This document shows positions 31,324 through 45,552 of a stretch of DNA of 64,000 bases, one piece after another. Position 1 is the first letter of the stretch. Each line of letters opens with the position of its first letter. Position numbers and translations under genes: made by a program. The notes under the pieces are model-generated. The model was not told where the DNA came from. It saw only the letters and a list, made by a program, of their open reading frames with translations, and made no database searches. The stretch comes from Escherichia coli. GTDB lineage: Bacteria > Pseudomonadota > Gammaproteobacteria > Enterobacterales > Enterobacteriaceae. The DNA is taken from assembly GCF_024502345.1 (NCBI RefSeq), contig NZ_JALDNN010000001.1; one strand, written 5' to 3'.

Positions 31324-32278
31324 ATCCTTTCCAGTCAAACGTGACAGGTTCGCCGTCACGAATAAAACAAAGCCCTTCGATATCGGCGGTCATTTGCCCG
31401 ATACAGGTAAACGGTACGCCAAGGTGTCCGAGAGCAACATCCAGCGCGCCACGGTTCAGTTCCGGCACCGTGAAACACAACTCGTAATCTTCACCGCCAG
31501 AGAGCGCCCAGCGCAGCGCCTGTTCCGGTTCAACATGGCGAGAAAGCGCATCAGAAAACGGCAGCAATGCCAGGTCAATACGTGCGCCGCAGTCGCTGGC
31601 TTTCACGATATGCCCGAGATCGGAAATCAGACCGTCAGAGAGATCGATAGCTGAATTTGCCAGATCGCGCAGTGCCTGCCCCTGTAAAATACGCGGCGAT
31701 GGACGGAGATGACGTTTGATCAAGTAGTCAGCATCTTTAGCATCGGCAACCTGCAAACGGTTTTGCAAAATCGCCAGCCCGGCGGCGCTATCGCCCGGTG
31801 TACCGGTCACATAGATCCAGTCACCCGGTTTCGCCCCAGAGCGCGTTAAGGCTCGTCCCATCGGAACAAAGCCGTGGATACCCAACGTCATTGATAATGG
31901 CCCACGCGTGGTATCGCCGCCAATGAGTTGCATATCGTAATAATTGAGAAGATCAAACAAACTGTCGCTGAAGGACTCAAGCCACGCTTCGTCTACGTCC
32001 GGTAAGGTTAATGCCAGCGTCAGCCAGGCCGGATCGGCCCCCATCGCTGCCAGATCGCTTAGGTTCACCGCCAGTGCTTTATAAGCCAGATCCGCAGGAT
32101 CGATATCAGGGAGGAAGTGGTTGCCCGCCACCAGCGTATCAGTGCTGATCGCCAGGGTCTGTTTCTCGGGGATATTGAGAAGTGCGCAATCGTCGCCGAT
32201 GCCCAGTTCGACATCAAGACGAGAACTTCTTACACGGTCAAAATAACGGGCAATCAGGGAGAACTCGCCACATGCCAT
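31301..32278 (-). CDS. thiL: thiamine-monophosphate kinase
   Basis: 325 aa [16 protein letters not shown]..., AIR-synthase-like fold. Confidence 0.95.
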
Positions 32279-32355
32279 ACGTTATGCCTCAGCAGGTAAA
32301 AAAGAAAAGGCCGGCGATCATGGAACGGTCTTCCGTGAATCTACCGGCCTGGATA

Positions 32356-32775
32356 TTACTTTTTGTTAGGGCGAATCACAGGTGCTGCTTTATCGAGTAC
32401 ACCGTTGACGAACTTATGGCTGTCTTCTGCGCCGAACGATTTCGCCAGTTCGATCGCTTCGTTAATGGCCACTTTGTATGGCACATCGCTACGTTTAGAC
32501 AGTTCGTACAGCGCAATGCGCAGTACTGCTTTTTCTACCTGTCCCAGTTCTTCCAGCAGGCGGGACAGGTATGGCTTCATCAGTCCGTCGAGGTATGCGG
32601 TATTAGTCGCCACCCCGGCCAGCAGCTCACGGAAGTACAGGACGTCAACGTCTTTTACATCCTGTTCAGCCAGGAACTGGTATTCAACATCAGCGATGTC
32701 GTTCTGGGACAACTGCCAGGAGTAGAGCGCCTGGACGGCACACTCACGAGCGCGGCGACGAGCAGCAGGTTTCAC
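32356..32775 (-). CDS. nusB: transcription antitermination factor NusB
   Basis: 139 aa [26 protein letters not shown]. Confidence 0.97.
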
Positions 32776-32794
32776 GGATTTCCCCTTACTAATT

Positions 32795-33265
32795 TCAGGC
32801 CTTGATGGCTTTCAATACATTAATCATTTCAAGCGCGGTCAGTGCAGCTTCTGCACCTTTGTTGCCAGCTTTGGTGCCAGCACGTTCGATCGCTTGTTCA
32901 ATGCTTTCAGTGGTCAGAACCCCAAAAGCAACCGGAATTTCGCTGTCCTGGGCAACATGCGCCAGGCCGTTGCTTGCACCACCAGCGACATATTCAAAAT
33001 GGGCAGTGCCACCACGAATAACCGTACCCAGCGCAATCACCGCGTCGTATTTACCGGTTTTAGCCAGTGCACCCGCCGCCAGCGGCAGCTCATAGGCACC
33101 AGGCACCCAAACAACGGTAATGTTTTCATCTTTTACCTGACCGATACGTTTCAGTGCATCAATTGCACCTTCCAGCAGGCTGTCATTGATAAAGTTGTTG
33201 AAACGCGCGATGGTGATGGCGACGCGAGCGTCCGGGGTAGCAACGTTAGCTTCAATAATGTTCAT
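32795..33265 (-). CDS. ribE: 6,7-dimethyl-8-ribityllumazine synthase (RibE/RibH)
   Basis: ORF track 32795..33361; start placed at [17 protein letters not shown] for 156 aa. Confidence 0.93.
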
Positions 33266-33353
33266 TTTCTTCCTTCGGGTTCGAGTATGGCCCCGCAGGG
33301 GGGCGGATTTTAGCATAATATTTCGTGCGCTGCTTCCCTTTCGAGCCGGGAGA

Positions 33354-34457
33354 TCATGCACCCACTAAATGCAGGCAAACATCCGGGCCTACATGACGTA
33401 TCTCTTTGAATTTAAATTGGGGGGCGTCAGCTAATTTCTCAAGCCCTGGCAGTGTGCATAATCCACGGGCGTCGCTGCCTAATAGTTTAGGTGCGATATA
33501 GACAATCAGCTCATCGACTAAACCCGCCTGCAGCAATGCGCCAGCGAGCGTTGGCCCCGCTTCCACCCAGATGCTGTTAATCTGCTGTTTACCCAGTTGC
33601 ATCATCAGTACAACCAGATCCAGATGACCTTTATGCTCTGGAATCAGCAAGGTACGCACCGTTTCCGGCCACTCACGAGAATCTTCCTGCGTACGCGCGA
33701 ACCAGGTTTCGCCGGGCTGCTGCACAATGTGATGTTCCGGCGTCACGCGATTTTGGCTATCAATCACAATACGTACCGGCTGGCGGAGATTTTGTTGCGG
33801 GTAGAGCGCCTGAGTTTGTTCATCCAGTTCAGACCAACGCACCGTTAAGGCAGGATCATCCGCCAGCACCGTAGCGCTGCTGGTTAAAATGGCATGACTT
33901 TGTGCGCGCAGTCGTTGTACGTCGCGCCGCGCCTGAGGCGAAGTGATCCACTGGCTTTCGCCGCTCGCCATCGCCGTGCGGCCATCAAGCGATGCGCCAA
34001 GTTTTAACTGAATATAAGGAAAGCCGGTGCGCATCCGCTTGAGAAAGCCTTTATTCAATTGCTCGGCTTCACTCATCATCAGCCCGTGGCTGACGTCAAT
34101 GCCAGCCTGTTGCAAACGGTAAAGTCCACGCCCAGCGACCTGCGGGTTCGGGTCCTGCATCGCAGCGACCACGCGCGCTACACCAGCGGCGATGAGTGCG
34201 TCACAGCACGGTGGCGTACGACCATGATGGCTACAGGGTTCGAGTGTGACATAGGCGGTCGCACCTTTGGCTTTTTCACCCGCCATTCGCAATGCGTGTA
34301 CTTCGGCATGTGGTTCACCCGCTCGTTGGTGGTAACCTTCACCGACAATTTCGCCATCTTTGACGATGACGCACCCGACATTCGGGTTGGGGTGGGTGGT
34401 AAAACGTCCTCGTTGCGCCAGCTTTAGCGCCCGCGCCATGTAATACTCGTCCTGCAC
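33354..34457 (-). CDS. ribD: bifunctional riboflavin biosynthesis deaminase/reductase RibD
   Basis: 367 aa ORF with zinc deaminase motifs HAEVHAL and [11 protein letters not shown]. Confidence 0.96.
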
Positions 34458-34460
34458 GGC

Positions 34461-34946
<486 letters not shown>

Positions 34947-35060
34947 TTACCCTGAACTGACGATACAACAAAGGCGCAACGCTTTTGAGATAAAGGATCG
35001 ATGCTTTCGCTGCTTTTACCCTCTACCATTAGGCTAATTGCGACGAGAAAGGGACGACCT

Positions 35061-35600
35061 ATGAATATTAACGTTTTTCGACTGATCCTGCTGGGAAGCC
35101 TATTCAGCCTTAGCGCCTGTGTGCAGCAAAGTGAAGTGCGACAGATGAAACACAGCGTCAGCACGCTGAACCAGGAGATGACGCAACTCAATCAAGAAAC
35201 AGTCAAAATCACTCAGCAAAACAGGCTGAATGCAAAATCCAGCAGTGGGGTTTACCTTCTGCCTGGAGCGAAAACACCGGCAAGACTGGAAAGCCAGATC
35301 GGTACTTTACGTATGTCGCTGGTGAATATTACGCCTGATACAGATGGCACCACCCTGACACTACGTATTCAGGGTGAGTCGAATGATCCCTTGCCCGCAT
35401 TCAGCGGAACTGTTGAATATGGGCAAATTCAGGGAACAATAGACAACTTTCAGGAAATCAATGTACAGAATCAATTGATTAATGCCCCTGCCAGCGTCCT
35501 CGCCCCCAGCGATGTTGATATTCCGTTACAGTTAAAGGGGATTTCTGTGGATCAGTTAGGCTTTGTACGTATCCACGACATTCAACCTGTTATGCAGTAA
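35061..35600 (+). CDS. yajI: lipoprotein YajI
   Basis: ORF track 35001..35600; start placed at MNINVFRLILLGSLFSLSAC (lipobox) for 179 aa. Confidence 0.85.
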   Translation: MNINVFRLILLGSLFSLSACVQQSEVRQMKHSVSTLNQEMTQLNQETVKITQQNRLNAKSSSGVYLLPGAKTPARLESQIGTLRMSLVNITPDTDGTTLTLRIQGESNDPLPAFSGTVEYGQIQGTIDNFQEINVQNQLINAPASVLAPSDVDIPLQLKGISVDQLGFVRIHDIQPVMQ

Positions 35601-35754
35601 ACGTATAGCGGGGCGATTTTGTGCGTCCCGCAACATCCTTCCCCATCATTTTGTTACTCCGCTTACATAACCCAGATTGATAGTAAAAGTTTGCAACAAG
35701 GGCGAAAGTCAGTACAATCCCCGCCCGAATGTGTGTAAACGTGAACGCAATCGA

Positions 35755-35850
35755 TTACGTAAATGATAGAACTGTGAAACGAAACATATTTTTGTGAGCA
35801 ATGATTTTTATAATAGGCTCCTCTGTATACGAAATATTTAGAAACGCAAT
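35755..35850 (+). promoter_or_regulatory. tsx: tsx promoter region with CRP/CytR-type sites
   Basis: TGTGA-containing motifs (tgtgaaacgaaacatatttttgtgagc) upstream of tsx; CRP/CytR regulation of tsx is established. Confidence 0.35.
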
Positions 35851-35898
35851 TTGCGCCTTTTTCACTCCCGCAAGGGATTTTCAAACAGTGGCATACAT

Positions 35899-36783
35899 AT
35901 GAAAAAAACATTACTGGCAGCCGGTGCGGTACTGGCGCTCTCTTCGTCTTTTACTGTCAACGCAGCTGAAAACGACAAACCGCAGTATCTTTCCGACTGG
36001 TGGCACCAGAGCGTTAACGTTGTCGGAAGCTATCACACCCGTTTCGGACCGCAGATCCGCAACGATACCTACCTTGAGTACGAAGCATTCGCTAAAAAAG
36101 ACTGGTTCGACTTCTATGGTTATGCGGATGCGCCGGTATTCTTCGGCGGTAACTCCGATGCAAAAGGTATCTGGAACCACGGTTCTCCGCTGTTTATGGA
36201 AATCGAACCACGTTTCTCCATCGACAAGCTGACCAATACTGACCTTAGCTTCGGTCCGTTCAAAGAGTGGTACTTCGCGAACAACTACATTTACGACATG
36301 GGTCGTAATAAAGATGGTCGCCAGAGCACCTGGTACATGGGTCTGGGTACCGATATCGACACTGGCCTGCCGATGAGCCTGTCCATGAACGTCTATGCGA
36401 AATACCAGTGGCAGAACTATGGCGCAGCGAACGAAAACGAGTGGGACGGTTACCGTTTCAAAATTAAATACTTTGTGCCGATTACCGATCTGTGGGGCGG
36501 TCAGCTGAGCTACATCGGCTTTACCAACTTCGACTGGGGTTCCGATTTAGGGGATGACAGCGGTAACGCAATCAACGGTATTAAGACCCGTACTAATAAC
36601 TCTATCGCTTCCAGCCATATTCTGGCTCTGAACTACGATCACTGGCACTACTCTGTCGTAGCTCGTTACTGGCACGACGGTGGTCAGTGGAACGACGATG
36701 CAGAACTGAACTTCGGCAACGGCAACTTCAACGTTCGCTCTACCGGCTGGGGTGGTTACCTGGTAGTAGGTTACAACTTCTGA
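35899..36783 (+). CDS. tsx: nucleoside-specific outer-membrane channel Tsx
   Basis: ORF track 35851..36783; start placed at [22 protein letters not shown] for 294 aa; beta-barrel with C-terminal F. Confidence 0.95.
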
Positions 36784-36787
36784 TTAT

Positions 36788-36818
36788 GAAAATGCCGGGA
36801 TTTATTCCCGGCATTTCA
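36788..36818 (+). terminator. tsx rho-independent terminator
   Basis: aaatgccggga-tttatt-cccggcattt hairpin with T-run. Confidence 0.6.
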
Positions 36819-36844
36819 GATTGTTAACAACGTGCGCTTTGTTC

Positions 36845-36955
36845 ATGCCGGATGCGGCGTAAACGCTTTGTCCGGCCCACAAAAGCACGTAAATTCAATA
36901 TATTGCTGAAATAACGTAGGCCTGATAAGCGTAGCGCATCAGGCAATTTTACGTT
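36845..36955. repeat. REP/BIME cluster between tsx and yajD
   Basis: gccggatgcggcgtaaacgctttgtccggcc and taggcctgataagcgtagcgcatcaggc units. Confidence 0.6.
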
Positions 36956-36959
36956 TTAA

Positions 36960-37307
36960 TCACTTCTTCTTGTTCATCATCGCTTTCAGGTCAGCGAATG
37001 GGTTGTACTTCGCTTCACCGACATCTTTCTGCGCATCTTCCCCTGCGATAACGGTCGTACCATACTGATCCGCTTCGGTATATTTCGAATGCTCATGATC
37101 GTGGCAATAGAGACAAAGCAATTCCTAGTTACTGCCATCTTCCGGGTTATTGGTATGGTCGTGATCAATGTGGTGAACAGTAAGTTCACGCAGGTTGGAA
37201 TAGACAAACTCGCGGGAACAGCGACCGCAGACCCACGGATAGATTTTTAATGCTTTTTCGCGATAGCCGCTTTCTAACCGCGCATAGTTTTTTGGGATGA
37301 TAGCCAT
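36960..37307 (-). pseudogene. yajD: yajD (HNH-nuclease-family protein) interrupted by an in-frame TAG after codon 60
   Basis: ATG at 37305-37307; 60 codons to TAG at 37125-37127 (plus strand cta); the same frame continues ELLCLYCHDHEHSKY...NKKK to TGA at 36960, giving 115 codons in total. Confidence 0.75.
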
Positions 37308-37382
37308 GAAAAGTTACCTGGATGAAATGTAGAGTTACGCGCAGTTTCCCAAGATGCGGGGATTATCGCAATCTCCATACAT

Positions 37383-37415
37383 CAAAAAAAATCCCGATCT
37401 TCTGACCGGGATTTT
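37383..37415 (-). terminator. secF (yajC-secDF operon) terminator
   Basis: Reverse complement gaaaatcccggtcagaagatcgggatttttttt. Confidence 0.5.
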
Positions 37416-37435
37416 CAACATCAACGGGAAATTGA

Positions 37436-38407
37436 TTAAGGCAGAATTGACGGCTGATCCGCTCCTTCTTTTTCCACTTTCTGCTGCAACATGTGTTCGC
37501 GCTTCATACCCAGTTTCAGAGCCAACGCAGATGCTACGTAGATGGAAGATGCAGTGCCGATGGAAACACCGATAAGCATGGTCAGCGAGAAGCCTTCCAG
37601 TACCGGACCACCGAAGAGATACAGCATCAGGATAACCATCAAGGTAGTACCGGATGTGATCAAGGTACGGTGCAGCGTCTGGGTCAAGGACACGTTAAAG
37701 ATTTCGTAAGGCGTACCGCGACGGATCTTGCGGAAGTTTTCACGAATACGGTCCGATACCACGATACTGTCGTTAAGCGAGTAACCGATAACCGACATCA
37801 ACGATGCCACAATGGTCAGGTCAATCTCGATATGGAATAACGACAAAATACCCAGCGTAATGATAACGTCGTGCGCCAGCGCAATAACCACCCCTGCCGC
37901 CAGTCGCCACTCAAAGCGGAAACCTACGTACACAAGGATAGACAGCAGCGCTGCCATCAACGCCATCGCACCGGTTTGCGCAAGGTCTGCCCCCACGCTC
38001 GGACCGACGAACTCAATACGCTTCACTGCTGCATTCTGATTGGTGGATTCGTTAATCACCTTCAGAACCTGGCTGCCCAGCACCTGACCGCCGGTTTCGC
38101 CTTCAGCAGGCGGCATACGGACCATGATGTCGTGGCTGCTACCAAAGTTTTGCAGCATCGGCTCTTCAAAACCGGCTTTTTGCAATGCATCACGCATTAC
38201 GTCAATTTCAGCCGGTTTTTCGAGCGTAATTTCGATAACCGTACCACCGGTGAAATCCAGCCCCCAGTTAAAGCCGCGCACGCCCATAATAACGATAGCA
38301 GCGATTAACAGCAGACCAGAGATGCCAAAAGCCCAGTAGTCCCAGCGCATAAAGTCATAGACTTTACGGCCGTGGTTTAGTTGTTCAACAGTATATTCCT
38401 GTGCCAC
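37436..38407 (-). CDS. secF: protein translocase subunit SecF
   Basis: ORF track 37436..38452; GTG start at 38405-38407 gives [19 protein letters not shown], 323 aa. Confidence 0.93.
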
Positions 38408-38417
38408 ATCGCACTCC

Positions 38418-40265
38418 TCAGATTGACAGCTTCTTGACGCGCTTGCCGCCATATAGCAGGTTTACGATGGCACGCGTACCGACAATCGCGGTAAACATCG
38501 ACGTCGCCACACCGATACCGGTAGTAATCGCGAACCCTTTAATTGCCCCGGTACCCACTGCGTACAGGATGATGACTTTAATCAGCGTGGTGATGTTCGC
38601 ATCGAAGATAGAACTGAATGCGCCACGATAACCTTCATCAATTGCCTGTTGAACAGTACGTCCGTTGCTCAACTCTTCTTTAATACGTTCGTTGATCAGT
38701 ACGTTCGCATCGACCGCTACCGCAAGGGTTAAGACGATACCCGCGATACCTGGCATACTCAGTGTTGCGCCTGGCAACAGCGACATAATACCGACGATCA
38801 AGATCAAGTTGGCAATCAGAGCACTGGTCGCAATCAGACCAAACTTCTTATAGAAGATGATCATGAACAGAATAGAAACCAGCAGACCGGCAAGGCAAGC
38901 CTCCAGCCCCTGCTCAATGTTCTGCATACCCAGGGTCGGGCCAATTGTACGTTCTTCAACAATCTGAATCGGCGCGATCAACGCACCGGCACGCAGCAGC
39001 AGTGACAGCTGACGGGCTTCGTTCGGGTTGTTGATGCCGGTGATACGGAAGCTGTTACCCAGACGAGACTGGATGTTGGCGATGTTAATCACCTCTTCCT
39101 GTTTCACCAGAACCGCACGACCATTTGCATCTTTCTTACCGCTGTCTTTGTACTCCACAAACAGGGTTGCCATCGGTTTGCCGATGTTGTCCTTGGTGAA
39201 GTTAGACATAATGTTGCCACCAGCGCTATCGAGCGAGATGTTAACCTGCGGCTGGTTGTATTCGTCCTGGCTGGAAGTGGAGTCGGTGATATGGTCACCG
39301 GTAAGAATTACGCGTTTGTACAGCACAACCGGCTGACCTTCGCGGGTCTGTTTCACTTCAGAGTCGCCCGGTACGCGACCGGATGCCGCAGCGGCCTGAT
39401 CAACGTTGGTGTTTACCAGACGGAATTCCAGCGTTGCCGTCGCACCCAGAATCTCTTTCGCACGCGCAGTGTCCTGAATACCTGGCAGTTCAACAACGAT
39501 ACGGTCAGCACCCTGACGCTGAACCACCGGCTCCGCCACGCCAAGTTGGTTTACACGGTTACGCAGGATATTGATGTTCTGCTGCACCGCATATTCACGC
39601 GCTTCACTCAGACGAGCATCGCTCATTACCGCACGCAGCTGGTTGCTGCCCTGGCTACTAATCACCAGGTCCGGATGGCGCTTGCTCAGATACGCAATGG
39701 CTTCATCACGAGCTTTAGCATCGCGGAAAGTGATGCTCAGGCCGTAGTTGTTTTCTTTACGAACGGTGGTATACGGGATGCCCTTTTCGCGCAGGTCGCT
39801 GCGCAGGCTATCGATATTTTGTTCCTGGAGTTTGCCAAGCGCGGTGTCCATATCCACTTCCATCAGGAAGTGAACGCCGCCACGCAGGTCAAGGCCGAGC
39901 TTCATCGGCTCAGCGTGAATAGCTGCCAGCCAGCGCGGCGTTGCCGGGGCAAGGTTAAGCGCCACGACGTATTTGTCACCCATAACGCCCATTAATGCTT
40001 CACGAGCGCGCAGCTGGGTGTCAGTGGAGTCGAAGCGCGCAAGAATAGCGCCCTCTTCCAGTGCCACAGACTTAGCAGTTATTTTTTCTTCTTGTAACGT
40101 TTTCTGGACCTGGATCAGCGTTTGCTCACTGGCGGCGACTCCGCGCGCACCAGTGATCTGAACAGCCGGATCCTCACCAAACAGGTTGGGAAGCGCATAC
40201 AGCAGACCGATGACAATCACCACGATCAGCATGACGTACTTCCACAAAGGATAACGGTTTAACAC
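38418..40265 (-). CDS. secD: protein translocase subunit SecD
   Basis: 615 aa [33 protein letters not shown]. Confidence 0.97.
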   Translation of the reverse strand: MLNRYPLWKYVMLIVVIVIGLLYALPNLFGEDPAVQITGARGVAASEQTLIQVQKTLQEEKITAKSVALEEGAILARFDSTDTQLRAREALMGVMGDKYVVALNLAPATPRWLAAIHAEPMKLGLDLRGGVHFLMEVDMDTALGKLQEQNIDSLRSDLREKGIPYTTVRKENNYGLSITFRDAKARDEAIAYLSKRHPDLVISSQGSNQLRAVMSDARLSEAREYAVQQNINILRNRVNQLGVAEPVVQRQGADRIVVELPGIQDTARAKEILGATATLEFRLVNTNVDQAAAASGRVPGDSEVKQTREGQPVVLYKRVILTGDHITDSTSSQDEYNQPQVNISLDSAGGNIMSNFTKDNIGKPMATLFVEYKDSGKKDANGRAVLVKQEEVINIANIQSRLGNSFRITGINNPNEARQLSLLLRAGALIAPIQIVEERTIGPTLGMQNIEQGLEACLAGLLVSILFMIIFYKKFGLIATSALIANLILIVGIMSLLPGATLSMPGIAGIVLTLAVAVDANVLINERIKEELSNGRTVQQAIDEGYRGAFSSIFDANITTLIKVIILYAVGTGAIKGFAITTGIGVATSMFTAIVGTRAIVNLLYGGKRVKKLSI

Positions 40266-40292
40266 GGCAATTCCCTTAGGGAAAAATTTTAA

Positions 40293-40625
40293 TTACAGCG
40301 CCTTCATGGTGCCTTTCGGCAGGACGGCAGCTACGAAGTCACGTTTAATAACTACTTCAGTGGTGTCATTCAGCGCGATAGCAATGTAGCCGTTTTCCGC
40401 TACTTTGGTTACGCGACCAACCAGGCCACCGTTCGTCAGAACTTCATCACCTTTGGCAATGGAGTCCATCAGCTTTTTGTGTTCTTTGGTGCGCTTCTGC
40501 TGTGGACGCAGGATCATGAAATAGAAAATCAGACCGAATACCACCAGCATCAAAATCAAAGACATCGGGCTACCTTGCGCCGGTGCACCCGTTGCCGCTA
40601 CCGCATCAGAAATAAAAAAGCTCAT
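40293..40625 (-). CDS. yajC: Sec translocon accessory subunit YajC
   Basis: ORF track 40293..40655; start placed at MSFFISDAVAATGAP for 110 aa. Confidence 0.93.
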   Translation of the reverse strand: MSFFISDAVAATGAPAQGSPMSLILMLVVFGLIFYFMILRPQQKRTKEHKKLMDSIAKGDEVLTNGGLVGRVTKVAENGYIAIALNDTTEVVIKRDFVAAVLPKGTMKAL

Positions 40626-40647
40626 TAAATTTCCCTCATTATTAATA

Positions 40648-41790
<1,143 letters not shown>

Positions 41791-41830
41791 TCAGAAAAAC
41801 AGTCCAACGTTTTAAACCAGCGCCGCGGAA

Positions 41831-42901
41831 TTACTCCCCGACGCGCTCATTAATTGCCTGCGGATTGTACGTGATAAACATCGCATCACCGTAACTAAAA
41901 AAGCGATATTTCTCTTCTACCGCTGCTTTATAGGCGTTCATGGTGTGTTGATAACCGGCAAAGGCCGAAACCAGCATAATCAGCGTCGATTCCGGCAGGT
42001 GGAAGTTTGTCACCAGCGCATCGACCACTTTGTACTGGAAGCCCGGATAGATAAAGATTTGGGTATCGTCAAAGAACGGTTCGATAAGATCGTTTTTCGC
42101 CGCCTGAGCCGCGCTTTCCAGCGAACGTACTGAGGTGGTGCCAACCGCAATCACCCGGTTACCGCGCGCTTTCGCCGCCAGTACCGCGTCTACCACATCC
42201 TGCGGCACTTCAGCGTATTCCGAGTGCATGATGTGATCTTCAATGGTGTCGACGCGCACCGGCTGGAAGGTGCCCGCACCAACGTGCAACGTCACAAACG
42301 CCATCTCCACGCCTTTGGCGCGTAATTTTTCCAGCAAAGGTTCGTCAAAATGCAGACCTGCGGTCGGGGCTGCAACCGCGCCCGGTTTTTCGCTATAAAC
42401 GGTTTGATAAAGTTCGCGGTCAGCGTCTTCGTCCGGACGGTCGATATACGGCGGCAGCGGCATATGGCCGATGCTATTGAGAATATCCAGCACCGAGCGT
42501 TCATCATTAAATTCGACTTCAAACAGTGCGCCGTGGCGCGCGGTCATTGTTGCGTTAATACTTTCGTCATCGCCCAGCAGCAGTTCTGCGCCAGGTTTTG
42601 GCGCTTTCGAGGCGCGAATATGCGCAAGAATGCGTTTGTCGTCGAGCATCCGTTCAACCAGCACTTCAATCTTGCCGCCGCTGGCTTTACGCCCAAACAG
42701 GCGCGCCGGGATCACGCGGGTATTATTAAAAACCAGAAGATCGCCGGGGTTGAGCTTATCAAGTAAATCGGTGAAAGTACCGTGCGTCAGCGCGCCCGTC
42801 GGCCCGTCCAGCGACAGTAAACGACAGCTACTGCGTTCAGGCATGGGATAGTGGGCAATCAGGGATTCGGGCAATTCAAAGGAGAAATCGGTAACGCGCA
42901 T
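41831..42901 (-). CDS. queA: S-adenosylmethionine:tRNA ribosyltransferase-isomerase QueA
   Basis: 356 aa [22 protein letters not shown]. Confidence 0.97.
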
Positions 42902-42993
42902 GACACTGACTCAGACTAAAATAAGAGGCGGGTAGTCTAGTGCCGGGGCGCTCTCCCTGCAACCTTTACCCCCTTTTGGATAGAATATAATCG

Positions 42994-43575
42994 ATGAATT
43001 TTTTAGCTCACCTGCATTTAGCCCATCTCGCGGAAAGCTCGCTTTCCGGCAATTTACTGGCTGATTTCGTACGCGGAAATCCTGAAGAAAGTTTTCCGCC
43101 CGACGTCGTGGCTGGCATTCATATGCATCGACGTATCGACGTATTAACCGACAATCTGCCGGAAGTCCGCGAAGCACGGGAATGGTTTCGTAGTGAAACT
43201 CGCCGCGTTGCGCCTATTACGCTGGATGTCATGTGGGATCACTTTCTTTCCCGCCACTGGTCGCAGCTGTCGCCGGACTTTCCGCTACAGGAATTTGTCT
43301 GTTATGCCCGCGAGCAAGTGATGACGATTTTGCCGGACTCACCGCCACGTTTTATCAATCTGAACAATTACTTGTGGTCAGAGCAGTGGCTGGTGCGCTA
43401 TCGCGATATGGATTTCATCCAGAACGTGTTAAACGGCATGGCAAGCCGCCGCCCACGTCTGGATGCCCTGCGTGACTCCTGGTACGATTTAGACGCTCAT
43501 TATGACGCCCTCGAAACCCGCTTCTGGCAGTTTTATCCGCGGATGATGGCGCAGGCGTCACACAAGGCGTTATAA
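42994..43575 (+). CDS. acpH: acyl carrier protein phosphodiesterase AcpH (YajB)
   Basis: 193 aa [28 protein letters not shown]. Confidence 0.93.
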
Positions 43576-43579
43576 AACG

Positions 43580-45397
43580 TTAGTTCATCCATACCGTAGC
43601 CGAAATGGCAGGCAAAGCCAGAATCCCGTCAGTCAGTTGCCCATGCCCTTCTTTGCATTGCCATTGCACGGCATTGAGCAACGGTGACGCGGGTAGCACG
43701 ACTTCACAAGCTTCGCCACGGTTGATTGCCACCAGTACACGCTGCTGATTCAGCATGCGGACAAATACCACCACGTTATCTTCCGCATACAGCACCTGAC
43801 AGCCGCCATGACGTAGCGCCTGACTTTTCTTACGCAGCGCAATCATTCGCTGGTACAGCGCGAATAACGCCGTATCCTGCTTTTCCACCTGCCAGGGGAA
43901 CGGTTTACGGCAAAACGGATCGTTTTTGCCATCCAGTCCTACTTCATCACCGTAATAAATGCACGGTACACCAGGCCAGGTGAACAGCCAGACCACCGCC
44001 AGCGGCAGGCGCGCAATATCCCGACCGAGCAGCGTTTTAAATCGCGCAGTATCGTGGCTGTCGAGCTGATTAAACATACGTAATTGTTGTTGATGAGAAA
44101 GCCCTGCGCGGTAATTATCCATCCAGGCCATACAGGTTTGGGCATCAATTTGCTGCGGATCGTAAGAGATATCGGTATTGGCAAGAAATCCCCACAACGG
44201 GAATGTGAAGCCACGATAGTTCATGGCGGCATCTTCCACATCGGCCTGTAACCATTGCCGTGCATCGCCAAAATGTTCGCCGACAATATACGCTTCCGGC
44301 TGGGTTTCTTTCGCCGCTTCGGTGATCCCAGCAACGTGCTGCATATTATTGCGCGCCCCACCCGCCTCCCCTAGCATATGCACCACATCCAGCCGCCAGC
44401 CGTCCATACTCCACGGCGCTTTCAGCCAATGGCGGACAATACTGTCTTCCCCGCGATAAATTTCATTCACCAGACTTTCCGACTGATAATCCAGCTTCGG
44501 CAAGCTGGCATAGCCAAGCCAGTCGAGCGCCGTGCCATCATCACTAAACGAGTACCAGTCGCGCCAGGGCGATTCAGGGTTGTGACAAGCTCCCCCCGTG
44601 CCACGATTGTGCCTGTCAAACCAGGCATGGGAATCGCCACTGTGGTTAAACACGCCATCCAGCACCAGCCGCATTCCCAGCTGCTGCGTATTGTGGCGTA
44701 AGCGCAGCAACGCCCCATCACCGCCAAACTGCGGATCGACATGGCGATAATCCTCGGTATCGTATTTATGTACGCTGGGAGCTTTAAACACCGGATTGAG
44801 ATACAGCGCCGTCACGCCAAGCTTTTTCAGATACGGCAGTTTTTCGCTTATCCCGTCCAGATCGCCGCCATAGAACGTTGATCCGCCCGCCTGCGCCGTG
44901 ACCGGTTCATCCCAGTCACGCAAGATGATCTCTTGTCCGGCTGCATGATGGTAATAGACATGATCCTGTTCAGCTTCACGAGGAAGACTACGCGCAAAAC
45001 GATCAGGGAAGATCTGATAAAAAATCTGATCCGCAGCCCATTGTGGGCCGATATCCGGTACATCGACGGCAAACTGCTCCAGTCGTGCCGGCGGCATTCG
45101 GCTGAAGCCCTGCGGTGTAAACCAACGCTGGCGATCGTGCCACAGCAGTTTGAAACTGTAACGCCGCCGGGGTTGTCCGCTGGAGAGATCAATCGCCGCA
45201 CGCCATGCGGTGACGCCTGGCTGCGGCTGACTGCGCTGCTTATGCATTGGTACTGACATTTCTTCGTTATCGTGTTCTGTACGCAGCATAATGCGCTGCG
45301 GTGGGTCTTCGCCCGTCAGCCACAGTGTAATGAGCAGTTGATCTTTGCTTTGTTTAACAAATGGGGGCACCGGCAGGTGCCATGCATTTAACATCAT
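43580..45397 (-). CDS. malZ: maltodextrin glucosidase MalZ
   Basis: ORF track 605 aa ([10 protein letters not shown]); GH13 alpha-amylase-family motifs; true start may be the second Met. Confidence 0.95.
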   Translation of the reverse strand: MMLNAWHLPVPPFVKQSKDQLLITLWLTGEDPPQRIMLRTEHDNEEMSVPMHKQRSQPQPGVTAWRAAIDLSSGQPRRRYSFKLLWHDRQRWFTPQGFSRMPPARLEQFAVDVPDIGPQWAADQIFYQIFPDRFARSLPREAEQDHVYYHHAAGQEIILRDWDEPVTAQAGGSTFYGGDLDGISEKLPYLKKLGVTALYLNPVFKAPSVHKYDTEDYRHVDPQFGGDGALLRLRHNTQQLGMRLVLDGVFNHSGDSHAWFDRHNRGTGGACHNPESPWRDWYSFSDDGTALDWLGYASLPKLDYQSESLVNEIYRGEDSIVRHWLKAPWSMDGWRLDVVHMLGEAGGARNNMQHVAGITEAAKETQPEAYIVGEHFGDARQWLQADVEDAAMNYRGFTFPLWGFLANTDISYDPQQIDAQTCMAWMDNYRAGLSHQQQLRMFNQLDSHDTARFKTLLGRDIARLPLAVVWLFTWPGVPCIYYGDEVGLDGKNDPFCRKPFPWQVEKQDTALFALYQRMIALRKKSQALRHGGCQVLYAEDNVVVFVRMLNQQRVLVAINRGEACEVVLPASPLLNAVQWQCKEGHGQLTDGILALPAISATVWMN

Positions 45398-45552
45398 AAT
45401 TCCCCTGTGATGAAAATCTGATCACCTTGCCATAGCCTAATGCAGGATCACTCATCATCTGAAGGATATTTGGGGGAGGAGGACGGGGGCGGATAACTTT
45501 CGGAATAGCCGGATCAGGATTTCCTCCTGAACCGGCTTACAGAACGCAAGTA

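Noticed and set aside
36845-36955. Repeated GC-rich palindromes at several convergent gene junctions that could be mistaken for a CRISPR array or mobile-element ends
   Set aside because: They are imperfect REP/BIME-type palindromes, each present as one or two units at different loci, without the regular repeat-spacer periodicity of CRISPR or flanking transposase genes.
36986-37207. 73-aa minus-strand ORF in the track overlapping yajD
   Set aside because: It is in a different frame from yajD and has a low-complexity translation; the yajD frame with the HNH-like motifs is the real one.
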